A DNA stretch of 64,000 bases from Amoeboaphelidium protococcarum X5. Lineage: Eukaryota > Fungi > Aphelidiomycota. Below are positions 51,528 to 64,000 of this stretch, piece by piece. How positions within the stretch are numbered: the stretch's first letter is position 1; each line of letters opens with the position of its first letter. Where the stretch lies: assembly GCA_023515725.1 (NCBI GenBank), contig JALDTO010000192.1:496001-560000 (forward strand), written 5' to 3'. The notes beneath the pieces were generated by a model. The model had not been told where the DNA came from. It saw only the letters and a program-made list of their open reading frames with translations, and made no database searches. The translations under genes were made by a program, and so were the position numbers.

Positions 51528-52922
51528 ATGAATAAGTACTCTGTATTACTTGGTATATTTACTCTATTGATCGCTCATAGCGTGTCAGCTTTCACATTCA
51601 AGCTGTCGATTTAATCAAGACAAAGTGAATACATCGCTGGGCAGGAATTATAATTTGATGTCACCAGTTCATATATTAATCCATATGCTGCTGATGATAT
51701 TATTGACGCGTCAAATAGAGCAAGATATAATAAGCCGCTCACTATTGGTAAAAGATCTCTGGATTTCCTACCTTATCATGGCCCTCAGTCTGCATCATCC
51801 AATCTGCAAGTGTATATTTAACGCGTTGCTAATACATATGGTCACACAGCCATTGTATGCCCATTCCACCTGATCACTCTTCAATAAATCGTACATCAAT
51901 AGATTGTGGGCCGCAAGGTCTCGGTGAAGTGGAAGATTCCTATTAGTTTGATTCCTCTAGATACGCATGAGCGTAACTATTATATCCTGGATGTTGATTA
52001 CCGTTATAGAATTGTGATTGGTAATTGGAAATCTCCAACCTTTGAGATTAAGCCTGCCAGTATCCAAGTGTCTCATTAGATTGATTATGAGTGGCTCAAA
52101 GTTGGTGGAGATATTGTGCATTTATTTTAAAATTTGGGATATTCTAAACTTATTGGGTTATCGACTCGTGAGCTAGCTATTCCGAATGGGGATCAGTTGA
52201 CTAGGATCTGTATCAGTGGAGTAAATGCGCTTGTGTACTGCCGTGAGCTGGGCATACACCACGTCATTACAATGCTTGATTAGATTAAAGCATTCGAGAA
52301 ATAAGTCTCTCTGATTTTGTAGACGTCTTAAACTTAGGTGCTTAACGCGCAAGGTGCATAGAATAGTTTTGATATCCGTCAGCTGTTAGATATTACTCAA
52401 TCGAAGCGTACGTGGTACTAGAAGATTTAGCATTGGTTCAAATCTAGACGGATTAAATTGTTGGTCAGAAGTGGTGCCTATGAACAAAAGCCTGCTCTTT
52501 ACTCTGATACTATGAGACAGCAAGTTAAAGACGCGTTATTGATCTTAGATGAACAGCTGTTTGATAACTCTGTCACCATGCAGTCTTTGAAATAGAGATT
52601 CTACAAATGGAACCAGGTTGTATCGTCGATTGGAAAGAAGTTTGACTTTGCTGGTGGACTTCCTTTTATACCCTCACAGTTCTTCAAGAACCAACAACAA
52701 ATTAATTATGAAACGCGCCTAGAATTGCTACTTGACGCTCTCATTCCGATGCATCACGCGAAGGAGGAAAGAATTGGACTATGGCACAGTGTTACCGGAG
52801 TCTGGAATATATTGAAAGGTTACAGGCGACTATCTGGGGTGGCAGACTCGGAGTCCCACATGTCATACGATGTTATTCTCACTTTATTCACAGTCATGAC
52901 GCAAAAGTAGAAAGTTGACTGA
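51528..52922 (+). CDS. Secreted hypothetical protein, ~464 aa
   Basis: Signal peptide MNKYSVLLGIFTLLIAHSVSA; code-6 frame continuous with ORF 52725-52910; TGA at 52920-52922. Confidence 0.7.
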
Positions 52923-53328
52923 TTCATTATAATACAGATGGTAATAAAAGCGGTGTAGTATAATCGTTATTCTTGGTCTTTCATGATTGTTTTTCACTTT
53001 GATTTAAACGGGAATCTTTTTACTGACACCTAAAATGGGTCCGCAAATAGATGCTCTAAAAATACTGAAACGTCTTGAAGGAAGTCCTTCAAAGAAAGCG
53101 CGAGCGGATACCGCCCTTGAATCGCGGCAACATCGCCCTCGCCTTTGCTCGGCGTGCTTTTCTTTCATTCTCTCTGTTTCTCCGTTGGTGTGGCGAAATC
53201 ACTCAACGCGGCGAGAGAGATCAAAACCTTAACCGAGACGAGAACGTTTTCTCGCGAATCATTAAGAAATCTTAACGGTCCATGACCATTCTTGTAGCAG
53301 AGAAAAGAGAAAATAAACCAAGATCAGG

Positions 53329-54453
53329 ATGACTGACGTTAAGACTGTACCAGAATCCGTATTAAAGAAGCGCAAGTAGACATAGAAGACTGCTGCTGAG
53401 CGTTAGGCTGCTCTTGTCGAGGCTAGAAAAGTAAGTTTGATTTATATCGAGGTGTTGGGTCGCGTAATCAATTGCATTCACTCAGACAGACAGGCAGACA
53501 ATGGAATGGACTCGTTCATTATATCAATAATCAAAGCCTGTGGAGCGGCATCAATTATATGGCTAGATTATTACTATTAGAAAATAAAGTAAGGCAACAC
53601 TTCTTCATGATGGATTGATGACACGTTATATTTGGAAAGCTAGCGGTAAAATGCGATGAAGCTACCAGTTATACCATCTTTCGGGGCTGACTATCATGAT
53701 TTTGTGCTACTATATCTGTCTCCATGACTGTCTAAACATTTGAGTGATTAAATTACGCGTCATAACACCTCTGTATATGCTCTTTGTACTAACTTGATTG
53801 TATATTGTAACCATGTGTAGGCTAAGAAGGAGAACCGCAAAGTCATCTTCAAGCGCGCAGAGTAGTACGCAAAGGAGTATGTCCAGGCTGAGAAGGAGGA
53901 GATCCGTTTGCGTCGTCAGGCTAAGGCAGCTGGTAACTTTTATGTGCCTGCTGAGCCAAAGTTGGCATTCGTCATCCGTATCAAGGGTATCAACAAGATT
54001 GCTCCAAAGCCTAGAAAGATTTTGCAGCTGTTGCGTCTGCGTCAGATCAACAATGGTGTATTCATCAGATTGACCAACTGCACAATGCAGATGCTGAAGC
54101 TCGTTGAGCCATACATTGCATACGGTACTCCAAACTTGAAGAGCGTCAGAGAGCTGATCTACAAGCGTGGTTTCGGTAAGGATGCACAGAGCAAGCAGCG
54201 TATCCCTCTCTCCGATAACGCCATTGTCGAGAAGAGCCTGGGCAAGCTTGGCATCATCTGTGTTGAGGATCTGGTGCACGAAATTTACACTGTCGGTCCT
54301 CATTTCAAGGAGGTGAACAACTTCCTGTGGCCATTCAAGCTGTCCAACCCAACTGGTGGCTGGAGCAAGAAGAAGGTGTTGCACTTTATCGAGGGTGGTG
54401 ACACTGGTAACCGCGAGCTGTTCATCAACAACTTGATCAGACAGATGAACTGA
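53329..54453 (+). CDS. RPL7: 60S ribosomal protein L7 (uL30); intron 53431-53820
   Basis: [10 protein letters not shown]; [20 protein letters not shown]; [11 protein letters not shown]; NNFLWPFKL. Intron GTAAGT...TACTAAC...TAG. Confidence 0.98.
53605..53699 (+). ncRNA. Intronic box C/D snoRNA (snR39b/SNORD2-type guide for LSU rRNA)
   Basis: 9-bp terminal stem TCATGATGG/CTATCATGA (one G-U pair); C box TTGATGA at 53615; D box CTGA at 53687; 13-nt guide ACCATCTTTCGGG complementary to conserved LSU CCCGAAAGAUGGU. Confidence 0.88.
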
Positions 54454-54785
54454 TTTGAGCTTGAAATAAAATTAGTCTTTACATATTTATTTTTGTCGCT
54501 TTGTATATTACCAATTACTCGTCCGGTGCTAATAGCCAATATGAAATTAACACTTAATCGCCTGTGTCTTACTGTAGTAATTTACGTTTTATACAGCGAT
54601 GCGACGCGTCACACAATTCTTCACTTTACTTCCTTTCGAAAATTGTCGCGTTGTTTCTCTGCTCCTCTTCTTCTTTTGATAAAACTCTCATCATTCCATT
54701 CCATTGCATTATCATTATCACCTATCACTTACACCTATTCATTCATTCATTCATTCGTTTATTGGGAATTTTATTCTATATTCAA

Positions 54786-57700
54786 ATGACTTCAAGTGAT
54801 GATGTCTGCATGTCGTATCTGAAAGGGAAAAAGAGGATTGATGATGCCTCCTCTGCAGAGTTGCAGCAATTGAGGCAGTTCTTCAAGGACTTTGCCAAGA
54901 CTGGTTCTAGTCCGTACTAGTTCTTTAAGGATCAACTGAAAGGATCCAATGCACTGATTACTCTCCTCTTTAGTGATATTGACGATAAGGCTGCTGGTGC
55001 TCAAGGAATTCAAGGAAGTATTGATAGCGCTGGCAATGGATAGTCTCAGTTGAATTCTGGTTAAGACGCTGGATAGAATGGCGCCACCAGTCAAGGGAAA
55101 AAGAAGAGTAAGAGTAAGAAGAAAAAAAAGTTTTCATAATCCTCTATGCAATCCTCAGAAATATTTTCTTCCAACTCTGCCTCTTAATCTCAGAACTATG
55201 AGAATGTTGATAGAATGACGGATCTACTGCCGGCAAGGGGGTGCGATAAACGGCACTTGTATTGTAAGTTTTGCAAGCGTCGCGGTAGTCATGATTATGG
55301 TGATTGTCCGGAGCTTAATTCTCGCGTATGCTCAAATTGTAACTAAAGTGGTCATTACGTTTCCAGGTGTCCAATGCCGCGTCGTTGCTTCAAGTGTGGC
55401 TCCCCGTATCATGTAGCTTCGTTTTGCTCTGGAAGTACGGCACATAGTGAATATATGTCTATAGGATGGAATCGGTGGGATAGACCTCGTACATCCTCTA
55501 ATTTCTTCATTGGCAGCAATTGGAGTGAAGCTGCTTATGCTAGGAGTCCTATAAGTGGTCAGCGTTCTGTGACTTCTGAACTTGCTCGGCATAATAGCAG
55601 TGGTTGGGATACTCAATCTGTTTACTTTTAGAATTCAACGATGCAGGTTACTGAGCAGCATATTGATAAAAATTAGTGGTATTAGCATTCTACTTCTGAT
55701 CACGGTGATGTTGTGAACGAACCGGCAGTATCTCCTGCCGATGAGATTGATGTTAATGCTGATCAGAATGCAGATGGTTGGGGATAACAATAGAGTTCTG
55801 CTAGTGATGAAGGATTGGATATGAACTCGAATGGTACGCCGTCTTCTTCTTCTTCGGATCTAGAGAATACTATATTGGTTTAATCTGAATAGTAGCCTTC
55901 ACCTGTTACAGTGCTTGAGAATCTGTTTTAACCTGTTGATATAAGCCAACTTAGCATTGAGCCTCCTCCGGCGCTTCCTGTTGTCACAAAATCTTTATCT
56001 TAACGAGATGTTGAGAATGTTAAACCAGAAAGTCTAGTATCTAATGAGTAAGATTCTTAACCGTAACTCTCTGTTGATATCGAATAGTAGAAGTGCTCTG
56101 TTTCCCTGGATGAAGTCACTGAGGAGAACCTTGCGTAAAATATAGAGCCCAATAATGATGAACCTGCCTAAATTGAATCGGATAATATTGTGACTGACGA
56201 TGTGCCGCGATAGGATGATGACACTAAGTCTGCGGTAGTGAATGAGATTAGCTAAAATACTAAAGTCATCGATGAAGAATCTCGACCAGAATCTCCTGCG
56301 GATAAGAAATTGTAAAAGGAAGTTGATAAGCGAGTCTCTGTGATGATAACGAGCAAGAATTTAGTACAGCTGTTGCAGTAGGATGATCATATATTTGTTA
56401 CGCTGAGTAGTGAACATTTGGCCAATTTCAAGGTGTACTCTTTTGTCATGCATGATAGCTATGGAAGTAAGTTGATCTGGAATGTCGAAGTCAATGGTCC
56501 CAAGTCTCATGTTGAAAAGGGTGTTAATGCTTTCAAGTAGATGATTGTCACTGAGAATGAAGATGAAGAACCAATGGCGCCCAATATTCCTAATGTCGAC
56601 GCATCAAGCTATCCTTAGCCTCTTCTCTCTTCTCCCGCAAAGAATAGCAACGTGGCTCATTCTTCTAATAGTCTTAGCAAATAAGACGATTGTTCTGCAT
56701 CTACATTGTCTAGCCTCTCAGATATTGATGATTGTGATGATGGTACCGACGGATGGGGATAAGATAATGGTAACGCAGAGCTGTCTGATGTGAATATTGA
56801 TCATGGATAAAATAACACGAATTCTGCACCGAGTCAACGTGCGCGATTTCCTGAAAGATCTAGAGATTCCGATAGAAAGATGGATTAGACTTATATCATG
56901 ACCAATTATATGCCGCTTCGTAATAGCCGCATTATTCCTTTATCTAAGAAGCCTCCTTAGGCCATTGGGTTCTGCAAAAATTTTAACGCTGGCAAGAATT
57001 GCATAGTTAGTAACTGCCCGTACATTCATCTCTGTAACAAGTGCAAAGGTAATCATCGAAGTCATGAGTGTACTGTGCCGCTGGCATAGCGACGCCTTTG
57101 TTTCGAGTATAATAAATCCAATATCATGGCTGATCTAGATCATCAGGGACTGTGTTAATATTCTGCCGTTCAATGTCCCAAAGTGCATTCGTGTGCTTAT
57201 TGCTTCAGCAGTGGTCATACTTTGATCTAATGTCACGGTATTCGCCCTCATCTTTTACCATAAGCGTTCAAGCTTCTACAGTAAATGGGATATATTGACA
57301 GGTCGTTGTTAACATCCCCCATGTCTAGAGATGCTATTCCAAGAGCAGTGACACCTAATAGGAATAGTAGCCTAAATGATGCGTCGTCTCTCTAGTCTGG
57401 TCAGTAGTTGGTGCCAGAATAACAATTGCTGCGAACTGTGAATGCAGAGCTTTGTCTCAACTTTAATCGTCTCATTTGTAATGATCCGCTGCATTGTCGA
57501 AGAGCTCATCTATGTGATCATCCAATTATCTATCGACGTCTTGCTCCAAAAACTATTGCCAGCCTTAATGATGAAAATTTGTAACAGCTGAACAAATTTG
57601 GTCGCAGAGATTCGTGTTAGTACGAGTATAAGATTTCCTTATGTCTGCAGCCACATCCATCGTAAAAGCATGGTGTGTTGTTATTGTGTTCAGAGTGGAA

Positions 57701-58628
57701 TAATACAGGAAAATGTCCCCGTGCGCATGATGAACATTTGGTGGATCAGAATGACAGCGATTAGTTCCAAGATGTCTCTAAAATGTATGCTCCATGCCTT
57801 CGACTTCATCTGTGCTCTATTTGTAAGAGTCCAGAACATCCTGCCATCAATTGCTCGGGCACAATCAGTGCAGTATCTCTACCTATGCCTCAGGGGCGCT
57901 ATAACATGTCTCAGTTATTCCGGCTGAATCCTCGTCTGGCTGGCTCAAATCACGGTGATGCATTGTCCACGTTACAGAGTTCAGGTAGTAAGCGATACAT
58001 TTGTCCGGCGTTCAATGAAAAGAAGGGTTGTATTTTGTCTGACTGGCATTGCGATTTCGTCCATGCCTGTTGGAAGTGCTACAGTATTACACACTCGGCG
58101 CCAAGTTGTGGTGGACATGACAGGAAGAGCGTTGAATCCGTATCTACATTTGTATAACCTCGCAGAATGCGGCCCGGTAGTCCACTACATGTACAAGGAG
58201 ATATCAGAGAGACGATGCGAGAAGAACATGGTAATGCTTCAACATCGCGCGTGTCCACTCCTCCAGGCTTCCAAGCTCTTTAATCTCCTTCCGTATAGCC
58301 CGCCAAAGGAAGCGTCAGTAGAGATGGTAGTGACAGTGCTTTACCACTTTATATGGCTGATGATAATGCCGATCCTGACAGTTTGTTCTAACGTGACCCA
58401 GAGACTCAGCATCAATCTAACTCGGTCGGTTATGATTCTGGTGGTTAAGAATTCTTGGATGTAGTAGATCCAGATTAGGAGTAATATCTTGATTAGGAGG
58501 AAGAGAACGTCTTGAATTCAAGCATTCGTCTCATTGATATCACAGACTTGGAGTATCCTGATACGAATAATGATGAAGAACATGGGGCAGAAAAAGTTAA
58601 TGAATCTACAATGCTATCCTCCGATTGA
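54786..58628 (+). CDS. Large multi-zinc-finger protein (3 CCHC-type knuckles, ~5 CCCH+CCHC modules, GW motifs), ~1280 aa
   Basis: CKFCKRRGSHDYGDC, CSNCNQSGHYVSRC, CFKCGSPYHVASFC; modules such as CKNFNAGKNCIVSNCPYIHLCNKCKGNHRSHEC and CPAFNEKKGCILSDWHCDFVHACWKCYSITHSAPSC; TGA at 58626-58628. Confidence 0.82.
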
Positions 58629-59122
58629 CCAAGTAGCAATGAATCCAAATGAATTATTATTGTATGCGCATTCTTAGTTTTGATCTTTTGTTCTTCAACT
58701 TTAGTCACTTCAGAGATTATTAAAGAGAAAGAACCTGGAAGTTCAAGCTAAGGGCGACTCAAGCAAACGTATCAAGAAAATGTGATCTGATGGGCACTCA
58801 TATAAGAGCTGCCCTGGTCTGGTGAAGCGACAGTAGAAGGACTAGTCGTTGTTGGGCTAACTGTAACTTCAAGAGTAGCTTATGATTCTCTTCCCTGAAG
58901 GGTAACTAACCAAGATCTTCGTAGAAGTTGGACTAGTTAGCACTACGGTCATGTGATCAGCTACTTTAAATAAATTTTATTTCTTCTTAGTCACTTCAGC
59001 TTAACAGATCTTACTTCAGGCGCTGCAGCCTTTCAGTGAAATTCCTAACCGAGCCCTTCAACTGTAAAGAACTTTGGCCTACATTAAGTTTTTTTAATAT
59101 CAATAATAGACGTGGTATCGAA

Positions 59123-59955
59123 ATGAAGTTGTTCCAAGTATAAATTCCGGATAAATCCACCGTATCTGTCATTATGGGAGTGTCGTCGCTATTTCCCATT
59201 TGGTACATGTTTCATCTGGTGTTCTCGTGTCTGACAGTACGACGATCTACGAACGTGTTGGTACTGCTAATCGGCTTGATCCTGAATGAAATTGTGAACT
59301 ACGTGCTCAAACACTTTATACAAGCACCACGTCCAGACTTTCCATTCTCTGGTGCCTCTCATGGTCGAGAAGAGAATCAGATGCAGGAGAATATTTTTGC
59401 TGTGGGTGTGAATGTTGCTTCCCATAGTTCTCCTCCGTCGTCGCTCTCTATGGGCTCCATGAAGAGACACGATGGATTTGGAATGCCGTCTAGTCATGCA
59501 CAGTTTATGGCATTTTGGCTTGTGTTTGCTCTCTTGTAGGGAAACTTTGATGCTGGTATATCAAAGCTAAAAAATAAGAAGGATCAATCTACTTAATCAC
59601 GGACTAGTTTTGTGTGCCGTATACTTCGCATGTTGTTTTATGGAAGCATTAGTATGTTAGTGTGCTATTCTCGGTAAGACTTTATAGCTGTAACAAGAAA
59701 CTAACAAATATTGCAACTATTATGGTAAAACCTTGGATATTAGCGTGTAGAGTATACTTGAATTACCATACATCTCTGTAAGTTTTGGCAGGTTTCCTCA
59801 TTGGGGTGTTTACATGCATTATCTACGTTCGATACTTGTCACAGTCTTTACTAATACCACTTTTGACTGTTTCACACGAGTTAATGACTGCACTCTTTAG
59901 ATCAGTAAACCTTGACTTTGACCGCCTTATGCACGCGTTGATACTATGTGACTGA
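59123..59955 (+). CDS. DOLPP1: Dolichyl-diphosphate phosphatase (PAP2 family); intron 59674-59750
   Basis: K..IQAPRP, GMPSSHAQFM, SR|VYLNYHTSLQVLAG; GTAAG..CTAAC..TAG intron. The start codon is uncertain. Confidence 0.88.
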
Positions 59956-60216
59956 AATGAAAATCTGAATTTTATAATATTATAATATCCATCCTACTCC
60001 CAGGGCTGAGACTTTATGAAACGCGTCTTAGCACAACAACATGTATGCCGTAATTTCAAGTTCGCGCTTTCTTCAATTGCTCTTTTTTACGACGCTTTCA
60101 GAAACCTGTTTTACTGCCGTTTCACTAATCCCACTACAGTGATAAACTCATAATCTTCTACTGCGTCAAAACATTTCTTCATTTATTCTGCAGCTTATTA
60201 TTAACTAACGCGTCTC

Positions 60217-61670
60217 ATGTCTATGCCTACGTTCAATCAGAGTCTTGATATCTCATTGCCATAAGTAGTTCGAGTGGTGCCAAGTGCTTACATTGAGGCA
60301 AATTCCTCTAGATCTGGATCGACCGTTGATATTCTTGACTATGTTGAAGATGATGCTGATGATGATTTGGAGCAGAATGTTAAAACTCCTTTGCAAGATC
60401 TAATTTAATCTCATTGTATTAAGCTCCTTGATTTTGTTGAAATGGCTTCTGTTAGAGTGGTTTCGTGTGCGGACCATCGTGACTAAGAGTAATAAACTCA
60501 TGTAATTCTTAATCCGCATGCATCCAAGTTAAAGCATGTAATATTCCATCCAGCGCTGTATAGAAATGTTCAACCGCTGGGCTGCCAGGATGAGGGGCTT
60601 GATAAGTTGGCAGCTATGCTCAAGGTTTCTCGATAGTAATGGAATGATCGCTGGTTAATGGTGAAGAATAATCAAATGGTTTAATTCTATTTGGCATAAT
60701 TGCGCGGAGGTGATTCTGAAGCTAATATTAATAATGCTTTGTAATGGTTGTTAGGCGCGATAGCGGGTTTTCTTCAAGTTATGCCAAAGCCATCAGCAGA
60801 ACGCAAAACGCGAATTGGTGGCATCATGGCCAGGCCCGAGTATGATTATCAATCTTGTATGGACGTTTGCTTTTAAGATTATAATTGTGATTCGTTTACG
60901 TTTTTTGGTACAGAGTTGAAAAGTCGCACTGCATTTCCTGTCTATCAACATTGGTATCAAGATTCTAGGACTGCTCAGATGTTTGCCGCATTGTACACTC
61001 TACATGCTCCAATTTTTCTACTCAATTCGGAACGCTTTAAAATCTTTGTTGAAAATGATGCACGGAATGAATTATTTACTTATCCATATACAGAGGAGGA
61101 TGGCGCTAATGCATCAGAGCCTATCGATGAACGATTGGTGAAGGCGCTAATTATCTGCTTATTAAGAAAGCCATCTGAGAGGTCGAAATATTAGATGTCG
61201 CGTATCCCAAAGGCTGTTACTATAAATGTCCCTCAAACTCCGCTGAAGTAGTCATAGGTTATGAAATCTTTGAGGAAGCGATCTTTAAAGGCCATTCCTG
61301 ATAGCATTGATAAGGTAAAGCCAACTAAAAGAACGCGTCGAAGTAATTAAGAAGACGATTTGGATGGTTTGAATGGTGAACTCGATAAAGATGATCACGA
61401 AGATTTCTAGATTGGAGGGCTAATCACCCCACGTTTCAAGTGTGGTGAGGCAGAAGATGGACTTTTTTATATCAAGAGGTGAGAGTGCAAGAGCTGGTTG
61501 AATTTATTGAACCAGCGACAAGCTCAGACGAGCAAGAGAATAATTCTTGTAGTGATAGCGATGATAGTTTTCCTGTTGGTATCGCGGCTGATGCGCTTAA
61601 TCAAGAAGAGTCTGCTCACGAACACTTCTAAACACATTATTTGCTGTCTTCAGATTGTGAAAGTTGTTGA
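60217..61670 (+). CDS. Protein with a PD-(D/E)XK-like nuclease core; probable 1-nt frameshift at the T6 run 61463-61468
   Basis: SEANINNAL...MDVCF...FGTELK fits an E...D...ExK pattern. The frame stops at TGA 61480-61482, but acidic coding-like sequence continues in another frame to TGA 61668-61670. Confidence 0.55.
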
Positions 61671-61964
61671 AATTATTTCATTATTTATATATAGTATTTA
61701 TTACTCTTTTAATCACGATTTTGTTAATTGCTTTTCGTCAAGTCTTTGAGGTCCAACAATGTTGAGTATACTCCGAACGCCACACATAAAATATCTACTT
61801 GAGAGCTCTTTTGATCTAGCGCGATCAACCCAAGCCGCTCGCAATGTTACTCACTCGATCAAGCAACGACGACCTATTTAGCCTCTTCTAATGATCTTGG
61901 TTCCTTTTGTAGACTTAGAAACACCACGTCATAAAAACTAAACTTAATTTCGCAATAAACTTGA

Positions 61965-63052
<1,088 letters not shown>

Positions 63053-64000
63053 TTAAAATTTGAACGATCAAAATGGAAGTAAGTGAAATGACGTTGAAAT
63101 TACAGTAATTTAGCACATATACTTAAATTTACATTCTTCGATAACTCAACTTCTATCAGCGCCACCACGAACCCGGCGTTATGGTCTAGACAGATTATCC
63201 AAGTACCAGACCCAGCGACCTTAGTAAGGGTAGTCTACACCAGCCTCCAAAGCCTTCAGCTTAACAATTGCTGGAGATAGCCGCATATCACCCTAATTCA
63301 ATTTCCTCTAGGAAAATCGGACAAACTTTAATCTTCTCTCTTGAGACTTGCATCGGTTATACTCGTCTCCGAATTCCAGCCACAGCTTGTCATTCGCTCC
63401 TTTGATTAAATCACGGAATTGAATGTAAATTACCTATTTTTCCTAATACGGTACATGACCTTTGTAGGCTATTATTATTAGCTTTCAGTTTTTATAAGGC
63501 CGCGTTTTATGGCCTAGTTGAACCATACGGTCAATATGGTACATCAAAGCACCACTTGTATCACTTTGTTCAATTTGGAAAGAAGTAACAAAGTGTTTAG
63601 TGAACGATGATGCGAGATTGTATCAGTGACAGCTGTTCAAACGGTGATTGCAACCGCGAAACGATTTGTCACTACTGAATAGTTATTGCGTGATAGATCA
63701 AAACTTATTTCACGCTGAGAACGTGGAACAATGCCCAACTGTACAATACTTGCCTATTTACGAGGTAGTCTAACAACTATACGCGCATGACTGTTTTCTG
63801 GTATAATATTCCTAAATTTCAACACGCTCATTTGGGCGCTCGGATCGATTTTCATTCCGCTTTATTGAGAGAACCGCGGCTGGAAATACTTGCCGCGCCT
63901 CTTCATTGGTATACCGGACAATACGCTTTTATTTCAATAGGATTGCCTCACTTCAGCCAATTATGGCGACACCTCTTGGTTAGAACTAGGAAAAGACTCG

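Noticed and set aside
53710-54384. Long antisense ORFs over RPL7, GAPDH (62144-62569) and RPC2 (30040-30558)
   Set aside because: Shadows caused by codon bias of real genes on the opposite strand.
63140-63480. Minus-strand coding-like stretch after GAPDH
   Set aside because: No in-frame ATG before an upstream TGA and no recognisable domain. It may be an exon or a relic, but cannot be supported.

Overview
Gene-dense, intron-poor eukaryotic nuclear DNA that uses a non-standard genetic code: TAA and TAG read as Gln and TGA is the only stop (NCBI table 6). The supplied standard-code ORF track therefore breaks nearly every gene into pieces. Fungal-like genes and GT..AG introns (one with a TACTAAC branch point) combined with this code best fit an aphelid such as Amoeboaphelidium; this is inference. 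Re-reading by hand in code 6 gives about 24 genes: TBCB 3' end, a GPI-type protein, OSBP, GPN3, two receptor-like kinases, two kinase-less receptor paralogues, TMA46, GRX5, a multicopper oxidase, three CAP/SCP-like secreted proteins, an SMCR8/folliculin-like DENN protein, RPC2, Fic, an NHX/NHE exchanger, a GW-motif RRM protein, RPL7, a multi-zinc-finger protein, DOLPP1, a PD-(D/E)XK-like protein and GAPDH. Highlights: (1) an uninterrupted 711-aa Fanzor1/TnpB-like RNA-guided nuclease ORF (43803-45938), seen only as fragments in the standard code, with a long acidic insertion and no transposase in the window; (2) a 442-aa intein with a decayed LAGLIDADG domain in RPC2, plus a nearby partial RPC2 copy carrying only the intein N-terminal part; (3) unusual substitutions in a normally near-invariant RPC2 motif; (4) a C/D snoRNA (snR39b/SNORD2-type guide) in the RPL7 intron. 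All translations and counts were done by hand; no database searches were run.
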